36,053 bases of DNA, from positions 1 through 36,053 of IMG/VR virus record IMGVR_UViG_3300033562_001181; one strand, written 5' to 3'. Below the pieces are notes generated by a model. The model was not told where the DNA came from. It searched no databases and was given only the letters and a program-made list of their open reading frames with translations. The DNA is from a virus. Lineage: Duplodnaviria; Caudoviricetes. The first letter of the stretch is position 1; every line of letters starts with the position of its first letter. Of the stretch, positions 23,844 through 33,076 are shown one piece after another. The position numbers and the translations under genes are program-made.

Positions 23844-25109
23844 TTACTTTCCGTGTAGGATTAGATATTCGGGAGATCTAATCTTGAATGATACTGCAGT
23901 ATCATCCTTTCGTCTGATTACGACTCCTTCACGCGCAACCTTTACCCCAGGTACCAATTCATCAGTTCCATTAGAGTAATCTAGCATATCCTGAACAGTT
24001 TCAGGTAGTGCAAAATTAGAATCAACTAACGGAACATGCTCGAATTCGAACTTATGGCAGAACTCGAAGAATTCATCGAAGTTATATCTACGCTTCTTGG
24101 TAATATCCCATACATTGAATAGGTATAGGTGATGTTCCTTTAGCTTATAGATATTTCCTTGGATCTTCCCACCCACATGCTCGGCTTGTATAAAAATATT
24201 CAATCCAGTAGCCTTCAATCGCTTCTCAAGATCCAATTCTCTAGCAGTCTGCCAGAATCTAGATCCATCATCGCTAATCAAATGCCTACCTCTAGAGCAA
24301 ACCGCGAAGTCATTTCTAGTGGAAAGTCCGAAGTATCGACTGGTGATGTGATTATAGGCTGAGTAGCTTTGTCCTTCCAGCTTGTTGGTTACATACCATC
24401 CATTATCATCTCCATAACGCTCCTTCATCTTAGTGAATAGCTTCTGGACATTCTCCTCATCGGTCTGAGGGGCCATCCAAGAAGTATCCCACTTTCCACT
24501 GCGCTCAAATCCCTTGACCTCGCTCTTGAGCTTCCGGTATAGAGCGTATCGTTGGAAATGATGATCCAACATCTTTTCCAGCTTAGACTTCTTCTGTGTG
24601 AACTTCACTTCATCCTTATTCACTTCATCAACGTCTTCAACGACCTTAGTAATTCCAAGAACTTCAGTGAAATCTGCACCTTCTGTAATCACACTGTCAA
24701 CCGGAAGAATGCTCAATGGAAAGAGGATACCTGCCGATATAATTCCACCGAAGCTATTATACTTGATAGCCTTGATACGGAACTTCTTCTGACGAAGAAA
24801 TTCAAATTCAGGTCGAGTGTTATGGGTGAGAATCTCATCAATCTCACTCTGCAGCTTCTGAATGTCCTCTCCAGTTGCCTTCCGATGCTTCCTGCGAATC
24901 TCATCATACTTTGCCTGTAGAGCAGGCTCCAAGCCGTCGGGTATGATGGAGTCGATCTCTACATAGACTGCAAGGTCTCCGGGCTTAAACTCGCCCTTCT
25001 TGGTCACTACATGGAAATCGAGTACCTGAGTCATCTCGATCTTATCCGCGCCTTCAATTGCGTAGGTGCTTACGACCTTCTCAATATGCGCTAATGCCCT
25101 ATCTCCCAT
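23844..25109 (-). CDS. RNA ligase, DRB0094/Rnl5 family
   Basis: N-terminal R.LA.I..V...I.GADKIE..V..KGEF..GD..VY.EIDS; KLEGQS; E..G.KIQGN.Y; REGVV; SFK..S.EYL. Confidence 0.9.
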   Translation of the reverse strand: MGDRALAHIEKVVSTYAIEGADKIEMTQVLDFHVVTKKGEFKPGDLAVYVEIDSIIPDGLEPALQAKYDEIRRKHRKATGEDIQKLQSEIDEILTHNTRPEFEFLRQKKFRIKAIKYNSFGGIISAGILFPLSILPVDSVITEGADFTEVLGITKVVEDVDEVNKDEVKFTQKKSKLEKMLDHHFQRYALYRKLKSEVKGFERSGKWDTSWMAPQTDEENVQKLFTKMKERYGDDNGWYVTNKLEGQSYSAYNHITSRYFGLSTRNDFAVCSRGRHLISDDGSRFWQTARELDLEKRLKATGLNIFIQAEHVGGKIQGNIYKLKEHHLYLFNVWDITKKRRYNFDEFFEFCHKFEFEHVPLVDSNFALPETVQDMLDYSNGTDELVPGVKVAREGVVIRRKDDTAVSFKIRSPEYLILHGK

Positions 25110-25125
25110 TATTAACCCCTTTCTA

Positions 25126-25440
25126 TTACATTTGGCTGCGGTAATTCTCTAAGTAAGGTTTCAAATTACCTAACTTATTCTTAATGTCAATGCACATCTG
25201 ATCCTTTGCCTCTGTATCGCTTAAACCCCATGCAACAATAAGCCTCATCGAATCATCTGTTAAAAAATGATTGATGAGGCAGTTTACTATTGCAATGTGA
25301 TTTCTATTAGGTAGGGTCTCATATTGAGAAAGTAGCATCAGCAGTTCATTATTATCAAAACATGCTTCAACTAAACAATCCCAAACATAACCCCAGTTTT
25401 TATGAATCTCTTCACTACCAATAGAATACATTATACTCAA
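25126..25440 (-). CDS. hypothetical protein
   Basis: 104-aa ORF in operon. Confidence 0.7.
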   Translation of the reverse strand: MSIMYSIGSEEIHKNWGYVWDCLVEACFDNNELLMLLSQYETLPNRNHIAIVNCLINHFLTDDSMRLIVAWGLSDTEAKDQMCIDIKNKLGNLKPYLENYRSQM

Positions 25441-25445
25441 CTCTC

Positions 25446-25901
25446 TTAGTTCAGAAGCTCATCAAGAACCTGTTTGACGAATTTCATGTCAGCCTTACCC
25501 TTTAGAATAGGGTTTAGTTCCTTCATGACAATTCCCATCAACTTCTTAGTCTTTTCAGCGCCATTCGCAAGTCGTTCAACTGTTTCAGAAACGATAGCTC
25601 GAACAGCTTCAGCGTCCATCTGCTCAGGAAGGAATTCCTTCAGAACATTCAACTGGAGAATCTCGATCTCAATGAGATCAGTGCGATTCGCCTTCTTGAA
25701 CTGCTCAATAGAATCTTCACGCTGCTTGACACCCTTGGTGAGGGCAGTCAGAACATCTTCATCAGTCGGAGATTCATGCAATGCATTCTTCGCAACCTTC
25801 TGAATTTCACTGACTAGGGATCGGAGCGCCAAAAGACGATCCTTATCCTTAGCCTTCATTGCAGATTTGACTTCCTCGTTAATTCTATTCATTTCACTCA
25901 T
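25446..25901 (-). CDS. yqeY: GatB/YqeY domain protein
   Basis: K.AMKAKDK.RL.ALR, KQREDSIEQF..ANR.DL..E, FLP.Q, MG.VMK...KGKAD; AAGGGG RBS. Confidence 0.92.
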   Translation of the reverse strand: MSEMNRINEEVKSAMKAKDKDRLLALRSLVSEIQKVAKNALHESPTDEDVLTALTKGVKQREDSIEQFKKANRTDLIEIEILQLNVLKEFLPEQMDAEAVRAIVSETVERLANGAEKTKKLMGIVMKELNPILKGKADMKFVKQVLDELLN

Positions 25902-25912
25902 GGTATCCCCTT

Positions 25913-27118
25913 TTAGATCTTGAAAAGACTCTTCCAAGTGTCGTGGTAGCTTTCGTATACAAATGCGCCGTTCTTATTCTTCCCTGAAAGCCACTCTGAA
26001 ATTGAAGGAGTTTCACCCTTTACAATCTTATCGTAGTACATGAAGAAGAATCCCTTGAAATGCTTCAGATTCTCATCAGCTTCAATAGCCAATGCAAAAT
26101 CCTTACGAGTCATTCCTTCGGTAAGCGAATTGTAGAATCGAATAACCTCACCCTGCAGGTTTCTTACGAACTCGCGCAGACGATCAATGTAATCCCTCTG
26201 AACTGCATTCAGATCTCCGTAGAAATCGTCAATGTTTCCAGCGAAAATGATCTCGTTGAGATTTCGAATAGTGTATCCAGCGTTTCCGGTGCATAGGCGA
26301 TGGTAAACGAGATACTTGTTATTCTTGATCTTGGCGACAGGTACATTTCTATTGTAGAGTACGAATCCCTCAGGAACCTTACCGTACACATCCTCTCGCA
26401 CAGACTCCTGTTCTGCGAAATCCTCAAGTCCAATCAGAGTATCAATTTTCAGATCCTCAAGATTGAAACTACGAAGAGTATGCATGTTCTGGAATTCAGG
26501 TGCTCCATTTGAAAGGTATTCACCGTTTTCATTGTGTCGAGCAGTGATGTAATACACTCGATTGGACTCGTATGAAGTCACAACCTGATTGTAGGTGGTG
26601 CAAAGTTCTAGGAAGTAGGTGTAGTTGGGATCGAGATTCTCGAATCCACTCTCCCCTACAGTAGACTTGAACAGTTCAGCAAAAGTGAAAGGAAAATCAG
26701 CAACTGTCAACGGAGTAATCTTCCCTAGAGTAGAAACCTTCCATTCGCCGTTGTAATTGTACAATACGATTGCAGTCCCGTCAGCCTTTTCGACCAGCTT
26801 CAAATACGGCAGGTCATTCTTGAATCGCTTTTCATTCGAGTAAGGGCATCCACCCTCGCGTAGATTGTAAAACTTGTCAGGAGTACGAGCCACATAATGC
26901 CAACGTCCATTCGAATCCCTCTTAAGGATTGAACCTCGACATTCCTGGGTGACATCATTCCACTTCACAGAAATCATATCATACTTGAACTGAAACAGGT
27001 CACCTTCGACCTGAACATTCACTCCAAGATCAGCTTCAAACAGTTGAATGAGGTCCTGGTGACTCGCATGGCAGTTCAATCCGAACATTTCATCCAAAAA
27101 CTCAACGAGTGCAGACAT
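25913..27118 (-). CDS. RNA ligase, T4 Rnl1-like
   Basis: FKY..ECRG.IL, KFYN, EKADGT, F.EL, EGFV, KIK; AGGAGG RBS; promoter TTGACG-17-TATCTT at 27168-27140. Confidence 0.88.
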   Translation of the reverse strand: MSALVEFLDEMFGLNCHASHQDLIQLFEADLGVNVQVEGDLFQFKYDMISVKWNDVTQECRGSILKRDSNGRWHYVARTPDKFYNLREGGCPYSNEKRFKNDLPYLKLVEKADGTAIVLYNYNGEWKVSTLGKITPLTVADFPFTFAELFKSTVGESGFENLDPNYTYFLELCTTYNQVVTSYESNRVYYITARHNENGEYLSNGAPEFQNMHTLRSFNLEDLKIDTLIGLEDFAEQESVREDVYGKVPEGFVLYNRNVPVAKIKNNKYLVYHRLCTGNAGYTIRNLNEIIFAGNIDDFYGDLNAVQRDYIDRLREFVRNLQGEVIRFYNSLTEGMTRKDFALAIEADENLKHFKGFFFMYYDKIVKGETPSISEWLSGKNKNGAFVYESYHDTWKSLFKI

Positions 27119-27157
27119 ATGGCACCTCCTTCTCAGAACAAGATAACCAGTTTACTT

Positions 27158-27622
27158 CTAAGCGTCAACTATTTTCTGGAAATTTTCGGCAGAAAACAGT
27201 TCTTTCTGTCGCTTGGATACCATTAGATTCGCAGTTTCCCAATTAACCCACATGAAAAAATCATTTTCAGGTATATTAAAAGGCATTACCATTGACTTGC
27301 AGTTCAATTTATATTTGGTGATGTCTTCATTTGCATTCGCATAGAATACATGTACACTTTTCTTAGTTGTCTTGTATTTGAATTGAAGATGATCTTTAAT
27401 AGTGACAATTCCACTATCATGCAATTCAAACAAATCAAGTCCAGTCTCTTCAAACGTCTCTCGAACTGCAGTACCTAAAAGAGAATCGCCATTTTCTACG
27501 ACTCCCTTAGGAATACCCCATTTCTGATCTGTATAGGAAAAACTATTATCTAGACTTGTAGAATGACAAATCAAATACTTACCAAAACAGTGAATTAAAA
27601 AACCTGCGGACTTCACCTGCAT
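27158..27622 (-). CDS. Nudix hydrolase
   Basis: WGIPKG.VE.G...TAVRETFEETGL Nudix box. Confidence 0.92.
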   Translation of the reverse strand: MQVKSAGFLIHCFGKYLICHSTSLDNSFSYTDQKWGIPKGVVENGDSLLGTAVRETFEETGLDLFELHDSGIVTIKDHLQFKYKTTKKSVHVFYANANEDITKYKLNCKSMVMPFNIPENDFFMWVNWETANLMVSKRQKELFSAENFQKIVDA

Positions 27623-27636
27623 ATTTAGAATCCTTT

Positions 27637-28293
27637 TTAGTCAATTATATTAGAGCCATCGAGTTCAGCGATAAGATTTTCCACCATCATACTATCACTA
27701 ACCCGAACATCAAACTGCTCATATAGATCGGGAGTCTTGCTCAAACGACAATCCTTGAACCAAGCAAGAACAGTTCCACGCAGCTCATCGTCAGTGAAAT
27801 CCATCAGCAACTGATGATCTCTGTTGAACTTCTTGAGCTTCAGCCAAACAAAAACCAATTGACTGGAATGGAAATCTCGCTGACTTTCGAAATCAGTGTG
27901 AAACTTATGCGTGTGATATGAAAGAGTTGCAATCAAACCCTCGAATTCCATGAAAATCGTCTTCCACTTGGAAATGAGATTCTGAATTCGAACTCCGTGA
28001 TTCACTTCAATGTCATCGCTGATAGAGACTGCAGTTGCAATCTCATAAAGAGCGTCTTCCTCAGTGAAATCCTTGTCACTCTCGTCAAGATATTCCACGA
28101 TATTATGGGAATTGACTAATTCACTCATCTTATTGTATACATATTCATATGCGTGAGTGTAAATGTCATATGCACAGCTTCGATCTCCAATAGTCTCCAT
28201 TGCAGACTTTCGGATAATGAACTCAATAGCCCAGTACTTAAGAGCCTTTTCAATGGAAGTTGCATTTTCGAGCGTATTCCAGTTGATGTTCAT
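27637..28293 (-). CDS. hypothetical protein
   Basis: GGAGG RBS before ATG 28293 (alternative start 28305); promoter TTGACG-17-TATCTT at 28356-28328. Confidence 0.8.
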   Translation of the reverse strand: MNINWNTLENATSIEKALKYWAIEFIIRKSAMETIGDRSCAYDIYTHAYEYVYNKMSELVNSHNIVEYLDESDKDFTEEDALYEIATAVSISDDIEVNHGVRIQNLISKWKTIFMEFEGLIATLSYHTHKFHTDFESQRDFHSSQLVFVWLKLKKFNRDHQLLMDFTDDELRGTVLAWFKDCRLSKTPDLYEQFDVRVSDSMMVENLIAELDGSNIID

Positions 28294-28365
28294 ATAGACC
28301 TCCATGTTAGATGACTGTTACACTCTTAAGATAAACAGTCATCACATGAACGTCAACTGTTATTT

Positions 28366-28794
28366 TCACATGACGTGAAAATGTGCTTCAATCCCAGCTA
28401 AATTGAAGATTTCGTCAGTGAGAGGGCAGTTATGATCTACTCGCTTCTCATTGAAATAGTAAACATGCTTGATTTTTCGCTTGACTATCTTGGCTGCACA
28501 TCTAGGGCATGGATAGTGACTGCAAATCAAAATAGTTCCATCTAAGTCGCTACCTCTAGCGTAGTCGATTGCATTTTCTTCTGCATGGATTACTATTGCA
28601 TTTTTAATATCACGATCACTCCAAAACTCTTCCTTATCAGGAAATCCACTAGGAAATCCATTATATCCAATAGAAACGAATGACAAGTCAGGTCGTAGAA
28701 TCATCGCTCCTACTTTAGTGCGAGGATCTTTTGAGAGGCTTGCATATCTTTGTACAATATCGACAAAGACTTCTAATTTTTCAGGCTTTATCAT
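28366..28794 (-). CDS. dCMP deaminase family protein
   Basis: SKDP.TKVGA, GYNGFP.G, HAEENA, PCPRC. Confidence 0.93.
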   Translation of the reverse strand: MIKPEKLEVFVDIVQRYASLSKDPRTKVGAMILRPDLSFVSIGYNGFPSGFPDKEEFWSDRDIKNAIVIHAEENAIDYARGSDLDGTILICSHYPCPRCAAKIVKRKIKHVYYFNEKRVDHNCPLTDEIFNLAGIEAHFHVM

Positions 28795-28982
28795 CTTCTA
28801 CGGACCTCAATTTCCTCATCAGTTGTCATATCATCCAAATAGCTAGGTCCAAGTCCAATTTGAATTAGACAAAATGGAACAAATATTCCAATCGTATATC
28901 GATATGGCATTGAATCTAGACTAAAACCGAAAGTAACCATTGTTTTTGAGAAAAACAACGAAAATCTAGGTCCAGGTCCCAT
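28791..28982 (-). CDS. small hypothetical protein
   Basis: 63 aa, overlapping starts and stops on both sides. Confidence 0.6.
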   Translation of the reverse strand: MGPGPRFSLFFSKTMVTFGFSLDSMPYRYTIGIFVPFCLIQIGLGPSYLDDMTTDEEIEVRRR

Positions 28983-29170
28983 TAGCAGCTCGTTGGATAG
29001 TCGTTGCAGTGAAATCCAGCTCCAACTAGTTTAAATGTTCCAGATGAGAACTGCTTATCTGCAATATTCCCGGTAGCTGAATTGACGATTGTATCTTTAA
29101 CTTCACTGCGGTTCTTAAAGAACACTTCAAATACAGTTCCAGTTACTCTATCTTTGTAATCAACTAGCAT
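28982..29170 (-). CDS. FmdB-like small protein lacking the CxxC pairs
   Basis: M..DYK...G..FEV ... FS...F...G.GF..NDY; GGAG RBS. Confidence 0.7.
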   Translation of the reverse strand: MLVDYKDRVTGTVFEVFFKNRSEVKDTIVNSATGNIADKQFSSGTFKLVGAGFHCNDYPTSC

Positions 29171-29181
29171 TATATCTCCAT

Positions 29182-29430
29182 TTAATCAGGTTCAACTCCA
29201 TAGATCTCAAATCTATAGTATCCAGGCGCAACACCAGTGGTGAAGAGGTGTTCTTGTAGTATTCTAACATCATTAGGTGGACATGTGACCCAAGTTCCTT
29301 CAGGTGTTCGCATTTTCTGTCTAACCCAATACCCGGCTATGCCCATACTCATTGCTGGATTATGACATACTCTTGATATTCTAACAGGTATTTGTACTGT
29401 TCCGTAGAACTCACCTTCGACCACCTTCAT
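29182..29430 (-). CDS. hypothetical protein
   Basis: 82 aa; AGGAGG RBS. Confidence 0.75.
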   Translation of the reverse strand: MKVVEGEFYGTVQIPVRISRVCHNPAMSMGIAGYWVRQKMRTPEGTWVTCPPNDVRILQEHLFTTGVAPGYYRFEIYGVEPD

Positions 29431-29439
29431 AAAAACCTC

Positions 29440-29817
29440 CTAATATGGTAGTTTATGTCGAATTCTAATTAAACGAATCAACATTTGATCGTCTTTAACT
29501 CTATCAACATCACCATTCCTATTAAACCAGTATTTACACAATTCTGAAATTTCGGTAGATAGTTCATATTCCCTCAGATACTCGTCATAGTCTCTAAAAG
29601 AGTTGTCAAACTCTGAAACCTGAGGATAATTTGAATATTTTATGCAAAACCGATCAAACGAGTTCTCTAGGAGACTCTCGGAGAAGCTACGAATGAATAT
29701 ATTCCTATATAAGGGTTTCAGCTTATATTCAAGGAAATATTTAAACAGATGCTTCTCTTTCATTTCCATCTCTTCCAGTGCCCGTTTGTAGTAGTGCGGT
29801 AGAGGCTTCTTGTTCAT
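29440..29817 (-). CDS. hypothetical protein (probably leaderless)
   Basis: TGCTACAAT (29824-29832) lies 6 nt before ATG. Confidence 0.75.
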   Translation of the reverse strand: MNKKPLPHYYKRALEEMEMKEKHLFKYFLEYKLKPLYRNIFIRSFSESLLENSFDRFCIKYSNYPQVSEFDNSFRDYDEYLREYELSTEISELCKYWFNRNGDVDRVKDDQMLIRLIRIRHKLPY

Positions 29818-29896
29818 GCTCTTATTGTAGCATAAAACAGGCGCTAAATATCAATCGTGGGGTTACTCACGTCACTTTTAACAATCGAGATGTTTA

Positions 29897-30073
29897 ATGG
29901 ACTACAAAGAAATCAAGAAACTGCAGAACATCGTAAGAAAGCATCGAGCTGCTTATAGTGTTGGCCTGAATACTGATAGTGAAAACAAGTATCCTGTTAG
30001 ATCTGAACGCTACCAAGCCTTCAATGAAGGTCGATTGGCTCGCGTCAGGAAGCAAGAAAAGCGAAAGGGTTGA
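29897..30073 (+). CDS. small basic protein (58 aa, not in ORF track)
   Basis: MDYKEIKKLQNIVRKHRAAYSVGLNTDSENKYPVRSERYQAFNEGRLARVRKQEKRKG*; GAGA before ATG; directly precedes phoH. Confidence 0.7.
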   Translation: MDYKEIKKLQNIVRKHRAAYSVGLNTDSENKYPVRSERYQAFNEGRLARVRKQEKRKG

Positions 30074-30075
30074 AC

Positions 30076-31110
30076 ATGGGTAAGGATTATAAAGAAAAGG
30101 TTCGGCGCAAGAAGGTATCTGCATCTGAATCTGAACCGGAGGGTAGTTCTAAAGAGGTTAGGCTCTTTATTCCTGAGGACTATAAGGGCAGGGTGTTTGA
30201 GCCTTATGTACTAGAGAGAATGCATGAGGTTGCCAGCTTCACTACCTATGATAGTGGGAAGGGAATGACTCGATTTGTGTCTGTAGGTAAGATCGACAAG
30301 CTAAGAGCTGTTGTGAACATCTTCGAACAAGTATATCGAATTGTATCTGAAACCGATGATATCATTACTGACCTTGAACTAGAGCGTCTAATTAAGGAAA
30401 ATTTCAAGGATACTGACGAATCTCAGTATAAGTGGAATAAAGATGCTATTTTCGAAGATGCTAAGGGTAGATACTTCACACCTAGAACCGAAAATCAGAA
30501 GGATCTAGTTGATTCTATTAGAAAAAATGCAGTTACTATTGTAGAAGGCGCTGCAGGTACTGGAAAATCTAGAATTGCTCTCATCATGGCTCTTAATATG
30601 CTCCGTGACAATAGAGTGAATCGTATTATTATCATTCGTCCTCTAGTTGCAGTTGGTGGAGACATTGGTTTCCTTCCAGGTGGAGTTTCTGAGAAGATTG
30701 ATCCATATCAGAGTCCTATTTCAGAGGCTTTGATTGAGCTTGTAGGTAAGACTGACTATGAGAAGATGGTAGAAGATGAGAAGATTGAACTATTCCCTGC
30801 AGCGTTCGCTAGAGGCTGTAATATAGGCGATGCGTTTGTGATAGTAGACGAGGCTCAGAACTTCGATGAAGTCACGCTCTTGACGCTCCTAACCCGTATA
30901 TGTGGCAATACTAAGATGGTTCTCACTGGAGATGCGTCTCAGGATGATCGAAAGAACAAACATCGCGCAATCTCTGGGCTGGTTGGTATCAAAGCCAAGC
31001 TGAAGAATGTTGATAATGTTGCTATTGTGAACATGGGAATCTCCGATGTCCAGAGAAGTAAGATTGTAAAAGATATTCTCAGCGCATTTGATGATCCTGC
31101 TTACGACTGA
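30076..31110 (+). CDS. phoH: PhoH-family ATPase
   Basis: PRTENQ, Walker A GAAGTGKS, RPLV..G..IGFLPG, ARG, IVDEAQN, LTR, TGD..Q.D, DVQRS.IV. Confidence 0.95.
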   Translation: MGKDYKEKVRRKKVSASESEPEGSSKEVRLFIPEDYKGRVFEPYVLERMHEVASFTTYDSGKGMTRFVSVGKIDKLRAVVNIFEQVYRIVSETDDIITDLELERLIKENFKDTDESQYKWNKDAIFEDAKGRYFTPRTENQKDLVDSIRKNAVTIVEGAAGTGKSRIALIMALNMLRDNRVNRIIIIRPLVAVGGDIGFLPGGVSEKIDPYQSPISEALIELVGKTDYEKMVEDEKIELFPAAFARGCNIGDAFVIVDEAQNFDEVTLLTLLTRICGNTKMVLTGDASQDDRKNKHRAISGLVGIKAKLKNVDNVAIVNMGISDVQRSKIVKDILSAFDDPAYD

Positions 31111-31132
31111 TAGGCAATATTTACCTACTTGT

Positions 31133-31165
31133 AGAAGACCTCCTACTTGGAGGTCTTTTCTTTTT
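31133..31165 (+). terminator. intrinsic terminator
   Basis: AAGACCTCC-TACTT-GGAGGTCTT plus T run. Confidence 0.85.
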
Positions 31166-31178
31166 CTAAATATTCTAC

Positions 31179-31619
31179 ATGTTTCATGATATTCATCTTA
31201 ATACTGCTGAAAATAAATGGTCTGAATTAGACTCTAAGATAATTAAGGCATTTGCTGAGTATCTATTCCATGTACTAGTCATAAAACACCCAGTAAATAT
31301 TTCCCTCAAACAGGTTTATGATGGAGATCAGATGCAAATCGCCTTGAATCTAAGACTTGCATATGTTCTACCTTCCGAAAGAAAGATTGTTATCTATTGC
31401 AAAGGGCGAGGTTTACTTGACATTCTTCGTTCTATTGCACATGAAGTAATCCATATGGAGCAGCAAGATAAGGGTATTCTAGAAGGTGTTAGTATTGAGT
31501 TCTATCTACCAACTCCAGACTGCGAAGGCTATGATTTGGAGTATGAAGCGTATGGACTTTCCGGTATCATTGTCAGAAACTTCAGAGCCTTACTCAATAT
31601 GGGCGAGGTTGAAGCGTAA
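31179..31619 (+). CDS. zincin-like metallopeptidase domain protein
   Basis: DILRSIAHEVIHMEQ (HExxH) and downstream E.EA. Confidence 0.75.
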   Translation: MFHDIHLNTAENKWSELDSKIIKAFAEYLFHVLVIKHPVNISLKQVYDGDQMQIALNLRLAYVLPSERKIVIYCKGRGLLDILRSIAHEVIHMEQQDKGILEGVSIEFYLPTPDCEGYDLEYEAYGLSGIIVRNFRALLNMGEVEA

Positions 31620-31676
31620 AAAGTGCTAAAAAGCCCTCTAAATATAATTACACACACCTAAACAAGGAGTTTTGAG

Positions 31677-32141
31677 ATGGCTGATACATATGTTAAGAAG
31701 TTGAGCGAAGGCGAATACAATGCGGTCTTTTCTCTAGGTAGTTCTTTCGATGGCACTGAGGGTCCTCGATTCGCTGCTACTAAGATCAATGAGAAGATCT
31801 CTGAGAAGGTTAGAGATGGAGTCACTAAGACTGCCAAGCTCGATGAGAAGGGTGAGGCTGTTAAGGATGAGAAGGGCGAGACTGTCCTAGTTGATGCATA
31901 TCCTAAGTCCATCGAAGTCACTCTAACCCGCGCCGAACTTGACGGTTATTTCATTGGAATCAAGGAAACTGTTAAGAAGTCCGAAGTGAAGTCTTCTGAT
32001 ATTGCCCTGATCGGAAATATCTCTAAGAGTCTCGGAATGTCTGCTCGTTTTAAGAAGTACTCGGATGAGGTTCTCGCTTCCGTTAAGGTTGAAGAGGAAT
32101 TCGATGTCGAGGTCGTTGACGAGCCTCTTGACGGAGAGTAA
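31677..32141 (+). CDS. hypothetical late protein with acidic C-terminus
   Basis: AAGGAG RBS, late motif, biased codon usage. Confidence 0.85.
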   Translation: MADTYVKKLSEGEYNAVFSLGSSFDGTEGPRFAATKINEKISEKVRDGVTKTAKLDEKGEAVKDEKGETVLVDAYPKSIEVTLTRAELDGYFIGIKETVKKSEVKSSDIALIGNISKSLGMSARFKKYSDEVLASVKVEEEFDVEVVDEPLDGE

Positions 32142-32169
32142 TCTTAGTCATAAAAAGCATTGTGTAAAG

Positions 32170-32195
32170 AAAAGCCATAGTAATATGGCTTTTTT
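32170..32195 (+). terminator. intrinsic terminator
   Basis: AAAAGCCATA/TATGGCTTTT plus T run. Confidence 0.75.
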
Positions 32196-32235
32196 CGTAT
32201 TATCCAAAATAACTAGGTCAATAAATACTGAATAA

Positions 32236-33039
32236 ATGAAAATACCATATTCGTATATTAAAAGAGCGTATGAGATTAGACCTGATATTGATTCATGTGT
32301 ACTATACTCATATGAACCTCGAAATGGTCTGTTTCATAAGGCTTTGTATTTCGACTCAAAACTGACAACTAAATTATCAAACCCCGTAAATCTAAGGGAG
32401 ACTCGGCTACATGATATTAACATGGACGATAAGCCCCATCGACTTCAAATAAGAGACCAATCTAATAACATAGTACTAGATCTCAACAATGTATATGGAG
32501 TTGCTGCAGACGAAGGTGGAGGTGGTGTTATAACATCCTCATCGAAGACGATGTTAAATCTAATAATACCTGACAATGTATATTCAGCTAAAAGATATTT
32601 TAGTCTGGATATGAACTCTAATATTAAATTAGGCTTTAATAGTGGATCTGCTTTAGGAATGTCAGATGTTGTGGTTCCTGTAGTAGTTCCATTTGACTGT
32701 AATATTGTTGATTTCATGTTATCTTGTTCAGGGTGTGGGGTTGATAGCGTAACTCCTCCACCTAAATGTTATATTACAGTCTCAATAGTCAAACTGTACA
32801 ATTATAGTGAAACATTGCTAGACACTCTATTATTTGAAGTTTCCAATGGAGTTGGATCTTTTAGGAGTGGATCTTCTTTTAATGTTTCGAGTGTCACCGT
32901 AAATGAAAACGGATTTTTGAAAAAAGGTGATTGCATAGGATTATACTTTAACCCAGTAAACCCTTCAATATCAATTTCATCTACTGTTAAATATATTAGA
33001 AATACTCAAATTTCAATAGCTTTGACTGAAACTCCGTAG
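32236..33039 (+). CDS. hypothetical virion protein (beta-rich C-terminus)
   Basis: 267 aa; late motif; GGGG linker then P.DC.I..F...KKGD.I pattern. Confidence 0.7.
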   Translation: MKIPYSYIKRAYEIRPDIDSCVLYSYEPRNGLFHKALYFDSKLTTKLSNPVNLRETRLHDINMDDKPHRLQIRDQSNNIVLDLNNVYGVAADEGGGGVITSSSKTMLNLIIPDNVYSAKRYFSLDMNSNIKLGFNSGSALGMSDVVVPVVVPFDCNIVDFMLSCSGCGVDSVTPPPKCYITVSIVKLYNYSETLLDTLLFEVSNGVGSFRSGSSFNVSSVTVNENGFLKKGDCIGLYFNPVNPSISISSTVKYIRNTQISIALTETP

Positions 33040-33076
33040 ACAGTTGCTAGAATGCTGAACGTCTATAAATATTGCA

